A stretch of DNA of 61,938 nt, counting the filler, from Choristocarpus tenellus KU-1152 (lineage: Eukaryota; Protista; Phaeophyceae), in NCBI GenBank assembly GCA_964200185.2. It is 6 parts of 6 records of this genome, joined end to end, with 100 filler letters (N's around TTAATTAATTAA, not from the genome) between each part and the next. Parts side by side here need not be neighbours in the genome. Positions count along the whole stretch, not along the records: positions 28,083 to 44,652 come from CAXNAD020000808.1; 5 more parts are not named here. One strand, 5' to 3'. The notes beneath the pieces were generated by a model that ran no database searches, had not been told where the DNA came from, and was given only the letters and a program-made list of their open reading frames with translations. This document shows, piece by piece, positions 28,083-41,501 of this stretch (position 1 is its first letter; every line of letters begins with the position of its first letter). Made by a program: the position numbers and the translations under genes.

Positions 28083-28120
28083 CTCACAAACCACCCCCCC
28101 CCCCCAAGATACTTTGACCC
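28083..28120. mobile_element. MITE subfamily A right end at contig edge
   Basis: CTCACAAACCAC(C)nAAGATACTTTGACCC matches the right end of 60021-60198. Confidence 0.75.
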
Positions 28121-28394
28121 ATCATATAATTCATATTGCTCCATCCAGAAGATGCTCAAAATATGTGGACAACCAGGAAGGAGAAACAAAGGAGACGGTC
28201 ATCATTCCAGGAATTTCACTCTGCTTGTGGGCACAAGAGGGAAACACTATGTACGATGGTAAAATCTCGAAATCCCACTAGTTAATGTAAGCTATTGCAC
28301 AGAAGTATAATTTCCACTTTCCCGTAACTATGTGTAGCATGGGGTGAGAACCGTGAGTTGTGAAATGTCATACTACTTGAGTTCCACCACCCAC

Positions 28395-30295
28395 CTGCTT
28401 CTGGAGTCGAGTCTTTACCACATCCAGAGGGTTGTTGATGCAAGGACCGATCCCACCGCTCAAGCCACCTAAGAGCATGTGCTGCCAAGGTGCAAGTTCC
28501 TCAGTTCCGGTGAACTTCATGGTCTGTGTCTTGAAGATTTGGTAGAAGGTGAAGTTCACTGCCTGCTCGATATGTTTGGGAAGTGAATCACCACCATGCA
28601 TATTGACCACATGAAAAGCGTACAAATGTTCAGAGAATTTACAATATGAGGGGGGGTTGATTTCCGCAGTGCAAATGGTATATGCATTGAATTATTTGTA
28701 TAAGGACTTCACATTGCCCATAGTGTTGCATCCATCAGTGAGAGTGACACCTCCAGGCAAAGAGAGGTCTGGAGATCATCTAGCAGGGAGTTACTTCATT
28801 TTCTTGGGTTGGTTTCGTCCATTGAATCGACAAGATTTCGAGGGTGGAGGGCGAGAGAGCAAACAACACAAACAGTACTCAAGTAACACTACCCCGACCG
28901 CTTTCATTAGACAAAAAGCCCGGCGTACCAAATTGTACAGTGAAGGTGTTTGGTGATTGTCCAAATGAACAGAATTCTACCCCGCAGCCAAAACCTTCTA
29001 CGTCAATTTTGCCTCCATCCTTCCCCTGAGAATATTTCTTTGCCAATAAAATTAAGCTTGCACACCTGGTTACAACCTTGGCGCAGCACGGTGGGTGCAA
29101 GGCCATTGTACAGCGCACTGACGCCCTCCTCCTTAGCTACGAGGAAAGCTGTCTGCATCACATTCTTGTACTTTCGACTAGCCATCTCATGCGGATCAAG
29201 CATGGAATGGAACTGGGCCTGCATGCGTATTTTACACACCTCCGCCGGTGTCACAACTAGAACAGCTTCGGTCACACCTGATCCAAGGCCAGCCAAGAAC
29301 ACTTTCCCTATGGATGAGGAAAGTGAACGTACGTTTCTTAGTCAATGATTGTGTCAAGGTGGTTCGAGAATTATATTTACCACTAAGACTGGACATGGAG
29401 GACTCGAGCGAAGAGCACCAGACAGGTGCAGTGGGGAGGAACGTGAATTAGGCTGACTCTGCAAATGATGAATCATTCCGATTCTGATGTGGGTAAAAAA
29501 TTGCCGACCAAGACATTTGGCAGAGTGAAGTTGTTTTCGAAAGAGATCACCAAACGTGGGGACTTGGCAGGAAGCGCACAAGTCGTATATGAAAGCACTC
29601 GAATCTGTAAACACAGCTTCAGCACTGGGTTGGATGTACGTCTTGAATACTTTAGTTAAGTACATTAGGAACAGTCTGAATTTGCTCCAGTAGGCGTTGC
29701 TCACCAGGAAGGTTGCCTTGCCCTACCTGTTTACGTGAAGATGCAGTCTTCGAGACTATGGCAGATCAAATTCGGCGAAATACAGATGGGTAAGTGCGAA
29801 CTACAGTCGGGGAGACTGAAAGTAGGAACCGGCTAGAATTGACTGTAGCCTGTATGCTTAGGTCCAATGCAGAGTCTTAATCAACAACAATGGATGATTG
29901 GCTACGCAAGACAGAGCGATATGTCTGTGAATGGGACGAGTATGTCATATTAGCACGAGTCGCTACTTACCCTTACTATTACCGTCCGAAGCTCCCAAAT
30001 ATCCTTTATAAGCCTCGAAAGAAGTGAACCGCACGGCCATCTTTGGGATGATTCCAACCATGACGGCGCTGAGTCCCTTGTAGAGTGATAAGAATCCCTC
30101 GTGCGTAATGATGCGGGTGGCAGTGGTGACGGGTCCACGCCTGTTGTTGCCTGCCTTGGTTCTAAGTTGCATCCTTGTTTTGATGGTATCAAGCGGATGA
30201 CAACACGAAGACTCAACCACCCCTGCAGTGCCACCCGCAACTAGGTGTATCAGTGGGTTCTTTTTCTTGTCCGCGATCTTGGTATCGTTCGTCAT
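28395..30295 (-). CDS. SFC1: Mitochondrial carrier (SLC25), succinate/fumarate transporter-like; 3' end missing
   Basis: Exons 30295-29971, 29307-29066 and 28562-28395 join GT-AG in phase. Three carrier signatures (PLDTIKTRMQ, PAEVCKIRMQ, PLDVVKTRLQ) plus SFC1-typical CCHPLD, GIIPKMAVRF and RQGCNQAVNF. The remainder of repeat 3 is probably beyond the linker. Confidence 0.92.
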
Positions 30296-31329
30296 GGTGC
30301 ATCTAATGGCAAGTTATCTGAAGGGGGTTTGCTGGGCACCCTCGCACCAGGAAGGGTGTGTTGGATGGATAGGGATGGTTGTGAAAAATGAGGTACCAAA
30401 GATGTTTGTTTCCTGGGTGTTGAGGTGTTCAGATGATCGATGACTTGTCCCTTTTCCCACAGCCTCAACCGTGAAGAAGAATACCTTTGAACCTTCAAAT
30501 TGAAGGTTTTATGCCTCAACCTATTCAAGCTCAACCACAACAACAACGAACAGACAAAATCTACATATATAATACATAATAATAGTAGTAAAACTTCAGA
30601 CTTCTTGAGTGGATTAGAATAATAATCTTAGATCCTTTCCAGGAACTTTCTTGTAATGAATTGGAGGGAGTATAGAGGTGTATATGGGACATTTCATACT
30701 ACTATACGACATTAAAAAAATAAAATGAACAGAAAATTCTAACCCAACCACATTATTGTACTTTAGTCACACATATTTTGGGAGAAACAGTAGAAGTGAT
30801 CAAGAGGATATATGTTGGTGACTGCCTACTAATACAAAGTTAACATCCAACTCTAACCCTATTTTCAAAAAGATGGGGGGAAGAAACAGAATCCAATTGA
30901 TACCATCCACATATAATCTGAAAAAAGGGGAAGTCTTATAAAGTAATCTGAGTTTGGGGATGGGAGAATTCTTTAAGGAATGATCAACACGGAATAAATC
31001 GCTGATAATTGAAAAAAGAAAATAATGAGAAGGTGGACGAAGAGTTAAGTACTGGGTGGTAAGAAGGTAGAAGAAATGGGTGGCAGGTGGAAGCATGAGG
31101 TAGGAAGGGATGAATCAGATCATAAGGAAAACTTGAGGTTAATGGGACAGGACAAGCAGGACTAGAACACGGCAACCTCCGAGTAATCTTTCCCACCCGT
31201 CCAACCTTTCGATTCCTCACAACTGACTGGGATACTGGGGAACATTGGGGAGGGGTCAAGTTCGAGCAGGTTAGATGTCTTCTAGTACAAAAACACGGTA
31301 TTGAAGTGGATGATGAAGGGGTGTTTTAG

Positions 31330-31750
31330 GATGATTGTGGGGTGATGTTGAATGGTGTTGAATTATGCGGTGGAGTGGAAAGTGGTAGAAGGTGTTACGG
31401 TGGTGAGTGGTGTTGAATGGGGTGGACCAGAAAGTGGTGGGAAGTGTCATGGGGTTAGGTGGTGTTGAATGGGGTGGTGGAGTGGAAAGTGGTGTGGGGT
31501 TGAGTGGGGTTGAATGGTGGGGTGGAGTGGAAAGTGGTGGTGACTGAAAATCATTGGCGAAGGGGTCACACTGGTTGGTCATCGAATATGGTTGGTGACT
31601 GGAAATCAGTGGCGAAAGGATCACACTGGTTGGTCATCGAATATGATTGGTGACTAGAAATCAGAGGCGAAGGGAGTTCGCACTGGTTGGTCAAGGGTTA
31701 GGCTGGTGGCTGGAGGTCAGTGACGGAGGAACTACACTGGTTGGTCACAA
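31330..31750. repeat. G/T-rich degenerate repeats plus a ~55-bp minisatellite with core CACTGGTTGGTCA
   Basis: Core at 31569, 31624, 31681 and 31735; preceded by repeated GGAGTGGAAAGTGGT / GTTGAATGG units. Confidence 0.85.
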
Positions 31751-33791
31751 GTGGTGTTACGATGGGGGGGTAGGATAGGTGGACTGCAAACGAAGATGAT
31801 TAATAATAATAATTCAGAAATTGTGAGGAAATAAAAAATACTGTTCATATGATATTATCCATCACAAAAAACATAAAACACGGAAGTTTTATTACAACAA
31901 CGTAAAAAAGAGGTATTTAAGAGTACTTAAAAAAAAAAACGAAATAGGGACAACAACGACGAAGAGGAACGATTTCAGCAGATGGTGAGTGATTGTACAT
32001 CCACCATACATTTTGTATGTACTTTATTATGCCCTCAAACATTTTGGAGGTGTGTCTGGGGAAAATCAAAACTATTATTAGAGTAAACCCTAAAAAAGTA
32101 GCAGTTGTCATAAATGTGAGAACATTAATCTATTCGTTATTGTACTGCCAGTTATGCTACATCGTTCTCTTCCTGCGCCTCTAACCTATCTTAGTCCTGT
32201 ACTCCAGGGTGAGGGGCTAGGGAGGCATCCCACGAATCTAACGAGCCCCTCCTTGCCCATCTCCCTGGTGTCTCCACCTTAAAGCGCATGACCCGTCTGG
32301 ATAGGGCTAGCTACCTGTGTTGTAACAGAAACTATCTGTCGTGTATGTATAGTGTCTATAATGCCCTGATGACGATGATCTCCTTCGGTAATGTTACTTT
32401 TGTTTAGCGTGACGTGCGTAAATTACCAGGATCACCTACTACTTCGTATAATATCCCAAACATCTTTTATTTGTTCCTTTTTGATAATTTCACAGGAAGA
32501 ACACTTTCAAGAACAATAGTGGCTATCTCTAATGAGCACTTTTTTGATGGGATTGTGCTGAGATGTTAAGTACTCGAGGTCATCCCCCTTCATACCTACG
32601 TAATATACACAGTATAGGCTTTTCGTCATACCTACACGTGTTCTTCCAGACGCGAGAGCAGGAGACATTCTCCGCGAGGACCGTAATACGCGCGCAGTTG
32701 TCGTCAATGGACGACAAAGAACCACAAATAAAAACAAAACAAAACGGGGAGTTTTAACCATGTGAACTGTTTGAAGATAAATACCTGAGATTTCTCCCTA
32801 CCTCTCAGCAACCTTTGTGCGCCATACGTGCTTCAATAAGTATTTATTATCTTAGGAATTAGTAAGCGACAGTACCAGTCTCCAGCCGAGTGATGTTTTA
32901 CCAATCAAACATTTGTGCAGGGTTGCTGAGCATCCCGTTACCACTTAGTTAAATCTAGTACTGTCGGAGGACTGGACCCATTTGAGATTTTCTGAACACT
33001 CACGAAACAGACCCCGCGCAAGCATAGGGTTTGTTGCGCCCATACGCTCTTCACATTTTGGTTGGTCAGGACGATGAGGAGTGAGTCAGATGCATAACAG
33101 TGTCCTGGACATGATCGGTAGAGCCAACCATCCAAGCTCGGGGTTGTGTTCTGTACGACTGTTCGCATCCAATCACAACTGGGGATTGAGAAATACACTG
33201 CTCTCAACCCTCATACAGTCTGCCTCAAGAATCCTTTTTTAGTTCTGTTAGACCTTGTCTCTGGTGGTCTCAACATAAAGCTTGTTTCCCTTTCACATTA
33301 ATCATCAGGAAACAAATGGCTTTAAAAAAACTACCCAAGTTATAAGTATCATTATTCTAGTGTGCAGTCCATATTTTCTTGTAAGTATAGAGTGTACATC
33401 AGTGCTCTATTCACTGGGGAGTCCTTCGTTGACAGGTACAGTGGGGGCATGAAGGGATATTGTAGTCATTGTCATTTTGTTTGACATAGCAATGAAGCTG
33501 TACTTCGGCGATTATGGCAATTGAAAAGTCTACCTGGTCCGTTTTTTACATGGAATCCGACGATCGATCACTGTGTTGAACACTCGTCCATCTTGTGGAA
33601 GAATTTGAACGGTAAATGATGGGGTTCTTAGGAGCAACCCACCTTATCCGCAGACTTATGAATTGAGCATATAATATGTATATATATATACTCCTGGATT
33701 ATTTTATTATATAATGCTCGCAGAAATTTTGGAAATGTTGTCATGAGGATGGAAACAAGCAACTTACATGGGTAGAGAACATAATAAAACA

Positions 33792-34053
33792 GAGCCAACG
33801 TAATTGAGAGGTATACAGTTTTTTGCCGTTTTGCATTATAAGTCAGTTTTTCAACCTTTTGCAATTCACCTATATTTCTATGGATAAAGTGCTTACTTTG
33901 ACTTGAGAAGGTTTATTTCTCTATTGTTTGAAATATTTCGACATAATTGGAAAATATCCTACAAACGCTTGTAAAAAAAAGGCGAGTTTTGCACATATTT
34001 GCTGACATCCTTCAAATAATGCAACTTTGGGTACATCTCACTTACTTTGACTC
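33792..34053. mobile_element. MITE subfamily D copy with ACA target-site duplication
   Basis: aca|GAGCCAACGTAATTGAGAGGTA ... GGGTACATCTCACTTACTTTGACTC|aca. Confidence 0.7.
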
Positions 34054-35524
34054 ACAACAAAAGTGTTTTAGTTAGCATTGCGAGAAAGGTTTTCCTATAC
34101 TCTGTAGACATTGCTGTAACCACAGCCAGTTGGTCCACCACTGCTGCAAGGAATCTCTCCTCAGTAAGCTTGCCATATATGCTTGTATGGCTTGGGTATT
34201 TCATCGAGCGTGAACCTACCTTGCTCTCAGATCAGAAAAGTCTCCCAAAATAAAATCTACACCAACTTCAACAACATTTTACACAGAATATTTTTATTTC
34301 AGTGGGACTCGTTGAAACCCAGAGTTAGATCTCCAATAAATTGATTTAGTTAGGTCATTCAGTTCTGTGGGAGAGAACAAAATTGGAATTTTTCTGATCC
34401 ATAATGTAGTTTGTCACTGCAAGGGAGCTTGTTGAAATGAGTCCCAATCTAGTGCTGTGTCGTGTGTGTGTGTGCACGCCCTGTTTGCATTTTAAGGCTT
34501 ATACCTATCTCACTCAGTGAGGATGATGCCTTTTGTTTATTTTGTGTGCCACTACTATTACTACTACTACTTCCTGTAGGACTACTACAACCGTTACTAC
34601 CACCACAACATACACTGACACTGTGACAGGCAATTGGCGTATACATTGCTTCCCGCGTCTTAACTGGCGCAAGCGGCAAGTATGCGCATGGACGGCCCAA
34701 AAGGGGAAGGTTCAAAGTCACCTTGCTGTTGGTGTGAAGAAGCTGCGTCCTAAAGATATATTGGACTATTCAGTCGACATTTGCGGTGGAAAATAATCTG
34801 ACATATATATGGCATATGAGACACGTCATAAAAAAACGTGTGCGGTCACCATGTCCCTTCAGGTGCTTTTCGAGATAATCAACATCAAGCTTGAAAAAAC
34901 CCTTACGTGTATCACAGTAACAGTCTGTCAACCAACCATCTCGCTGGGTGGCAGGCTAACAGCACATCCCACGCGCTCTCTGCAAATCTGATCATCACCC
35001 GAGAGAGTTGTGGATTGGAGCTAGATATTCCAACATTGTAAACTGCTGATAGCGATTGTGACATACATTTGCAGGCATATTATGATCATCACCTGCACCT
35101 CCTTTCTCCTCCGCCCCTTCTTCTGGGGCTGTTGTGATTGCCAACAGCATTACTTCTATTTTTTACAGTTAATCATCTCCACTTCATTTTTGTAGTGCTG
35201 GTGATAGTGACGCTTTGAACAATAGCAGTGACTGGCGATGAGTATTTTGTACTCCAGTAAAATGAGCATCAATATCAGTAATGTGGTGCTGCTGTTGTTG
35301 TAGGAAATGATGGTGACACAAGAAGGAGAACAAGCAGAACAACGACAGGCGAGTAAGTAATAGCTAGTAGTGGAAACATTAGCATTAGTAGCAATAGTAA
35401 TGTTTGGCAGTAATGTTCAAGGGATGCACAATGCCAAACCAATCGCTGTTGGCTGTTCCGATACAAAATGATAGCAACAACAAGAAGAAAAACAAATAAT
35501 ATTCCTCACCTAAATCGGCCGACT

Positions 35525-35782
35525 GAGTGAAAGTATCTTAGAGAGTACGAGTTTTGCCCAGTTTGTCCATTTGGGACTTGACTTCCCACAGTATTTTTTA
35601 TGACATTTTCCTACTCCGAAACATTTCGGAGTAGGAAAATGTATATGTTATGAAAAGGTGCATCCGGAACAACGGTATTGACACTTCCTAACAAACACGA
35701 TAGCCAAAACTACATCAAAATCGCAACATTGGGTTTTGGTCCCCAAACGGATGTGACTCTACCCTCTAAGATACTTTGACTC
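35525..35782. mobile_element. MITE subfamily C copy
   Basis: gact|GAGTGAAAGTATCTTAGAGAGTA ... TACCCTCTAAGATACTTTGACTC|gact. Full-length inverted homologue at 52450-52715. Confidence 0.88.
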
Positions 35783-37984
35783 GACTATGCACACATGCCA
35801 CCAAAATCGCAATTGCATATATGCAGTACAACAACAACAATCTGAGGTTTCTCACAGAAAGGAGAACAACATTGGATGCAGAGGGAACACTCGTGGTAAG
35901 AAGAACAACACCGTTTATGACACAAGGGTGGCAGGTTGTCCTGATCTCTCAACTATGTATGGAGTGTGAACACAAGGAGTCAACAACGACAACGACAACA
36001 ACTTACGCACATGCTCGAGTACAATACCCTCTTGAACATGCTCGGATGCAATAATGGTGATTCAATTTTACCATAGAAAAAATAGACAAAGCAGTAACTA
36101 TGGTGACAGAGGAAGACTGCGAAAACCCCAGAAAATAATAGAGCGGAACGGGAAGGATAGTAGTAGTGGTATAAGTGAACCTTCTCTCTGCTCCAATAAG
36201 CACATGAGGAGGAGAACACAAGGCTAGGTGTCCACAACAAGCAGAGCACAGACGTCTGTAAGAATCCAAAAAGAAAAAAGCTAGGAAATGCATAAAACTA
36301 TGTGCCGAATGGTACTAAACGCACCTCATCCATTCTTTATTTGCCCGCAAATTATAGTCTTCGTCATAGCAGTAATAGTAGTAGTGCTACTTGCAGCAAC
36401 TCGTGTATTTATAGTTAAGGCTGAGACCATTTGAGGTTGCAGAGGATGCTCCTCCCTCTCCATGACTTCCCAAGCCTTGTTCAGGACTTGCAAAATATCT
36501 GGCGGTACAAGTCTTTTGCGGAATTAGAGGCAATTTGCAAGCACTCCTTTGCTCCATTCCCACCTTGTGCCAAGATCGACTCCTGTTGTGGTTTGGGTGC
36601 CTTCTTTTTTCGACCCATCTTGACGTTTCTCTCCACTTCCTTCTCTATCCTCTGCTGGGGTCTGGTGTGAAGGGCCCGTTGGCATACCGTTTAAATGTGC
36701 AGTGTGTGGGTTTGGAGCGCACCTCCTGGTCATTAGGGCTTGGACAAGCCATTTCCAATCCCTGTCCTTGTACATAAAAAATGGCTGCTGGTGGTGTCAC
36801 GTTACTAATTTGACCAACTATGAAGTACCAACTATCCGCAAGAAGGAACCCATACATGCTACCCTGGCACTTGACGGCAAACCCTTTCTGTCTCTTTCTC
36901 TATTCCTCATGACCATGTGTCTCCTCCTCACCCCCAGGACCTGCACCTTCCCCACCCACCATCCCCATCAGCACCTTTGTCAATGTCCTGATCGCTGTTG
37001 CCATCCATGTACACGATGTGGTCATTATTCTCCTCTGTTCCCCAGTCACCCATTTCCTCAGGTTTGTAGTTGGTAGATGTTGTCTGTTCTATGTACAAGG
37101 TGGTATTGAGGTTGAACTTGATTGTGCCTCGGCGCTGTTGTTTAATCACCTTCAACAGGTTCACCTTATTCCCTTGTAAGCTGTACATGACAACCCTCCC
37201 TTCCTGAAAGTTCATACGCCCCCTCAGAGACATGAGAGCTCGAGACCATTAGTGTGCCTATGCCGATTAAGTCTGTATACAAGGAGGATATGGGTGAGGA
37301 AGTGGTAGTAAGTAGTAGTAGTACTTATGAAGATCTCCATTCCTACTGTCATTGGCCGCAACTAAGTTCTTAGATGTACGTTGAAGAGCACTAAGTAGAA
37401 CGTAGTGTAGTTGTAGTATTAATAGTGGCAGTAGTGGCATTGGGAGATGTAGGTCAAGCACGAATAAAGTACATCCACTAAGAATGACTCTCAAAACTGA
37501 TCGGGATTATATATATATATTTTATTATGCCATCTGACATTTTGCAATTATTGTTTCTGTACAAGGTATTAGAATGATTATGTTTCAGTCCTTGTCGGTT
37601 TGAGGTAGATAAAACTGTTGTAAGACGTTCGATGATGAAGGAAGTATGATCTAGTATTTAACGTTGGAGTTAGGTAGTGTAAATGGGGTATTCGTAGAGC
37701 GTACGGAAGCATTGTTTTATGGTGTGTTGATCAAATTTTGTCAATACTGAATGGAGAAGCACAATTATTTTTTCCAAGGTTGGTAAAGATTAAATACCCA
37801 TGTCATTTTCGTTATCAGTGGTATTGTCCAAACGAAGATTTTTCCAAGGCTCGTCGTCACTGTCGTGATTTTACCCTTCGGTTCGGCAACGGGAATTCAG
37901 GAAAACTACTACGAAACTGTGCGGTAAGGTCTACTGTAAAAAGAATTGTACGGTACAGTAATGGACATTTTAGAAACAAGTATT

Positions 37985-38152
37985 TTATTATTTTATTTTT
38001 ATGCCCTCTGACATTTTGCAGATGTGTCATGGGGGAAACCAATGAAAACTATATATATACATGTCGTTATTAGCCCTAAAGAAATAAATTTTATTATTAT
38101 GCCCTCTGACATTTTGCAGATGTGTCAGGAGGGAAACCAATGAAAACTATAT
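37985..38152. repeat. Local direct duplication (~60 bp) inside a degenerate inverted-repeat region
   Basis: TATGCCCTCTGACATTTTGCAGATGTGTCA..GGGAAACCAATGAAAACTATAT occurs twice. Confidence 0.8.
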
Positions 38153-41100
38153 TGGAAACCAACGAAAACACTGATTTTGAAAAATGTATGATGCAGTACG
38201 TTAAGGTATACCGTGGAATTTTGTCTACAGTATGGTAGTGTCAATTTTTGGAAGAAAACCCTGGTAAATATGGACGTTTTCACCATTTCCCAAGGTATCT
38301 TAACATTCGGATGGCGCTGTACTGACTGTACACTGATTCCACAGTTTTCCATTGTAGTTCAGGTTCTACAGCATGTGGCCATCCTTCACCACTCTAGGAG
38401 TCACCTCACACAACATCCCCACTTGATATTGATACGACATATATCCAGCAAACACGTCTTGTCATGGAAAGGAGGGTGGCCTATGCGACACAGCAATTAC
38501 TCTCACCATGCGACTTCTCACTGATTGGTGATACCCTGGTCATCTTGGCTTTTGTGCACCATACTCTCAACATATTCACTTCCTTGTGAACCTGCTTGTC
38601 AAACTAGTTGAGGTGGGTGATGAGCCCAGACATGCCATCCTTATAATTGTGAATGAGATGTCTGCACCCTGTTTGTTTCCCTTTTCTTATGACTAAGACA
38701 ATACACTCAGTTCTTTGTATAGATATGGCCATACAACTAGTACTGCATAGTATTGCGCCAATATTATAACCATATATTTATTTGCTTACTTTTAGTCTGG
38801 AACTTATCCACTACCTCTCCAACCTAGGATGTTGACCTGTAGTCAGACGGCAGTGAACAATGCATTATTTTTTCTACCCTACAAACCACCTGCCACACTG
38901 CCCTGTTTGTGGTTTGATTTTTTCTTTTATCTTGGATTCAGCTGCGACCAAGTGCTGTATCCATGAACTGAGGAGAGACCAAAAGCCACCATGTCTTCTC
39001 AGCCACTGGTGAAGATGATGTTTAGAGCAGTACCTCACTTTCTATGGATTATATTTCTTGAAGGTGTCATACCATATTCCTAGGTTAGATCCTTACATAG
39101 AGCAGCACCAAAGCAGTAACTGCAATGTATAGAGATTACGTATAGTGAGTGCAGGTCGATGTCAACTTTCCTGACAGAGTTCAATCACCTAGCTGAGATT
39201 CTATTTTCATACCACAGTCGATACCTGTCAGTCTTATCTTGAGTCTCTTGAGTTAAGAACAACACCATCGATAAGGATATATACTAGCATGGTCTGGTAC
39301 ACCCGTGGAACAAGACCCTTGACAGAGCATCACTCCCAGCATCCAAGCTTTGACGTGTTAGAGTACTCAGGGTTGTGGATTGAGGCCCTTGTGTACAACC
39401 TCCCTTGGGTTGTGCAAGCTCAAAGTGCAAACTTCGTAAATGTGTCTGCCTTTGTTGTTAACTGCAAAATGGAACGTTAACACACACATTGCCTCAATAT
39501 TTGACAGATACTTCTCAAAGACATTAAAAAATTCAATACAATTCCTGCGCAAGTTCTCTTTGAATAGACGGGACATTTCTGAGCACGTTCCCTTTTCCCT
39601 TTTCCCTCTTGCACTACAGTCACTTGATACGAGCAAAGAATCTTGGGGATACATGAAGCAGTGGACTCACTGGGGTGTGAGGCAAGCTTCAACGCGGTTG
39701 TGATGAGCACATCAACAGGTTTTCAAGAAGATAGAACTGTAGATAGAACTAACTGTACGACCAATGCCAGGGAGAACAGACAAATCCAAACTCTGCCCCC
39801 TGTACCCTCAAAACGAATTTCCACGGGAGGTGGGCAAGCTACAAAGGGCCTAATCATTGTGTTACCTTCTCCTCAGCCTGAGTCATGTTGACAAAAAAAG
39901 CAATCCCACCCCCCCTTTCCACGACCTTGCAACTGCTCAAAGAGCAATAAAAATTTCCTCCGGTTAAAACCTTAATGTCCACTCTACAAACAAAAGTACT
40001 GATATGATACCACAAACACTTGGTGGCGTAGATGATCCATTGCAACTCAATTCCACAAAAACTTCTACCCACACAAGACAGTGCTTTTCAGCTAGCAGGG
40101 GAGTACCCTCTGTCAGGGTCAGACATCTTCCATTTGTCGTTGGTGAGACCAGCAAATTCATACTCGTTTTTGACACCTCAACTTCAGCTATAAACCTGGG
40201 ACCATGCCTCCTAGATATACATTTTCGCCCACAATGATCAAACTACAAAGTAATCTACAAACGGGACAGACATGCCCACAAAGAACTGAATATCGACTTT
40301 GTTGAGCCCCTTCCAAGGCAGGACAGGGCAAAAAAAAAGGAGTAAGAATAATAAAGTTTACCTTCAGAATCTCACACACACAGAACATTCCAAAAATTCG
40401 AGAGGATGGAATCTCTCCTTTTACTGAAGTGAACTTACACAAGCAACACAAGCAGGCTAACGGAAAACATTCACGGCAACTCAAAACCACAAATGGATAG
40501 GGTATTAGCAGCAGTGTTGGAGGTAGCATGCTTCATGAAAGAACCACAAAAAATTCCGTTTCTCCCTCATTTTCTACTAAAGCTAATTGCCTCTTGTCAC
40601 ACAACGTTCCCACTCTAACACTGCTCAGCATCTTGTTACTACTAATAGCACGAAAAAATAAGCTCTACCCCCAGCCCAGCAGCAGCCACAGATGTATCAG
40701 TATTTTACAAATACCAGACACAACCATCCTTTCAGGTGACCTATGAGCTCCCATTTCCCCAACAAAAAATAATGCATCACCTATAATAGAGAGCAAGCCG
40801 TCACAGATCAACCATCACACTACTCCTTTCTCCTTGTGCCCCTACCATGAACACTTAAGTGCATCCAAGCAAGTCTGGTTTTGTCCCTTCTCACTGAGCA
40901 TTGGCTTATTGGCTTCCACTCCAGCTGTTCTCCCCATAGCTTCGCCTCCCCCAACCCTTGCAGAAAAAAAGAGACAAAGCAAGTGGGAAGCAGCTTGCTT
41001 CCAGGCTATCACAGTTCAAACACAATGCTAAAGTTGGGATATAGACAACCATGCACATAGGTAGAAAACATAGTGGGAATACAGGGTTGTGGAATGAAGT

Positions 41101-41501
41101 GTGGAGGGGGGACCTGAGGGATGAGGAGAGGAACACAAAAACATCACCCCTAGACACCTTCACAGTCTGTCTGACAAAGCATCTTTACAAGACCCTGTTG
41201 TAGATATCATTCTTCAGTGTGATCTTTTAATGCCAACAAAAGCAGGGCACAGGAAAATTACCCTCCTTCCTTGAGCCAGTAAAAGAAGAAACCTGATTCT
41301 GGTCACAACGAGGAACAAGTCAACATATCCATTACGGGAAAAACTACATCAAGTGTCTTCCTGAATCATGTAACCCAGCAAGCCAACTGCAGGTGTTATA
41401 TGCCATTATCCTCAGCCTGTTTCATGTCCATCTGCCACAACCTCTCCCCCCCCCTTAACCCCCTCCCGCCTCTGTTGCCCCAGTCATTTTTCTCCACATG
41501 C

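Noticed and set aside
31569-31747. CRISPR-like repeat/spacer pattern
   Set aside because: The core is only 13 nt, the spacers resemble each other, there are no cas genes, and the context is eukaryotic.
32507-32761. Signal-peptide-like ORF (MVKTPRFVLFLFVVL..)
   Set aside because: No phase-compatible downstream exon or recognisable domain was found.
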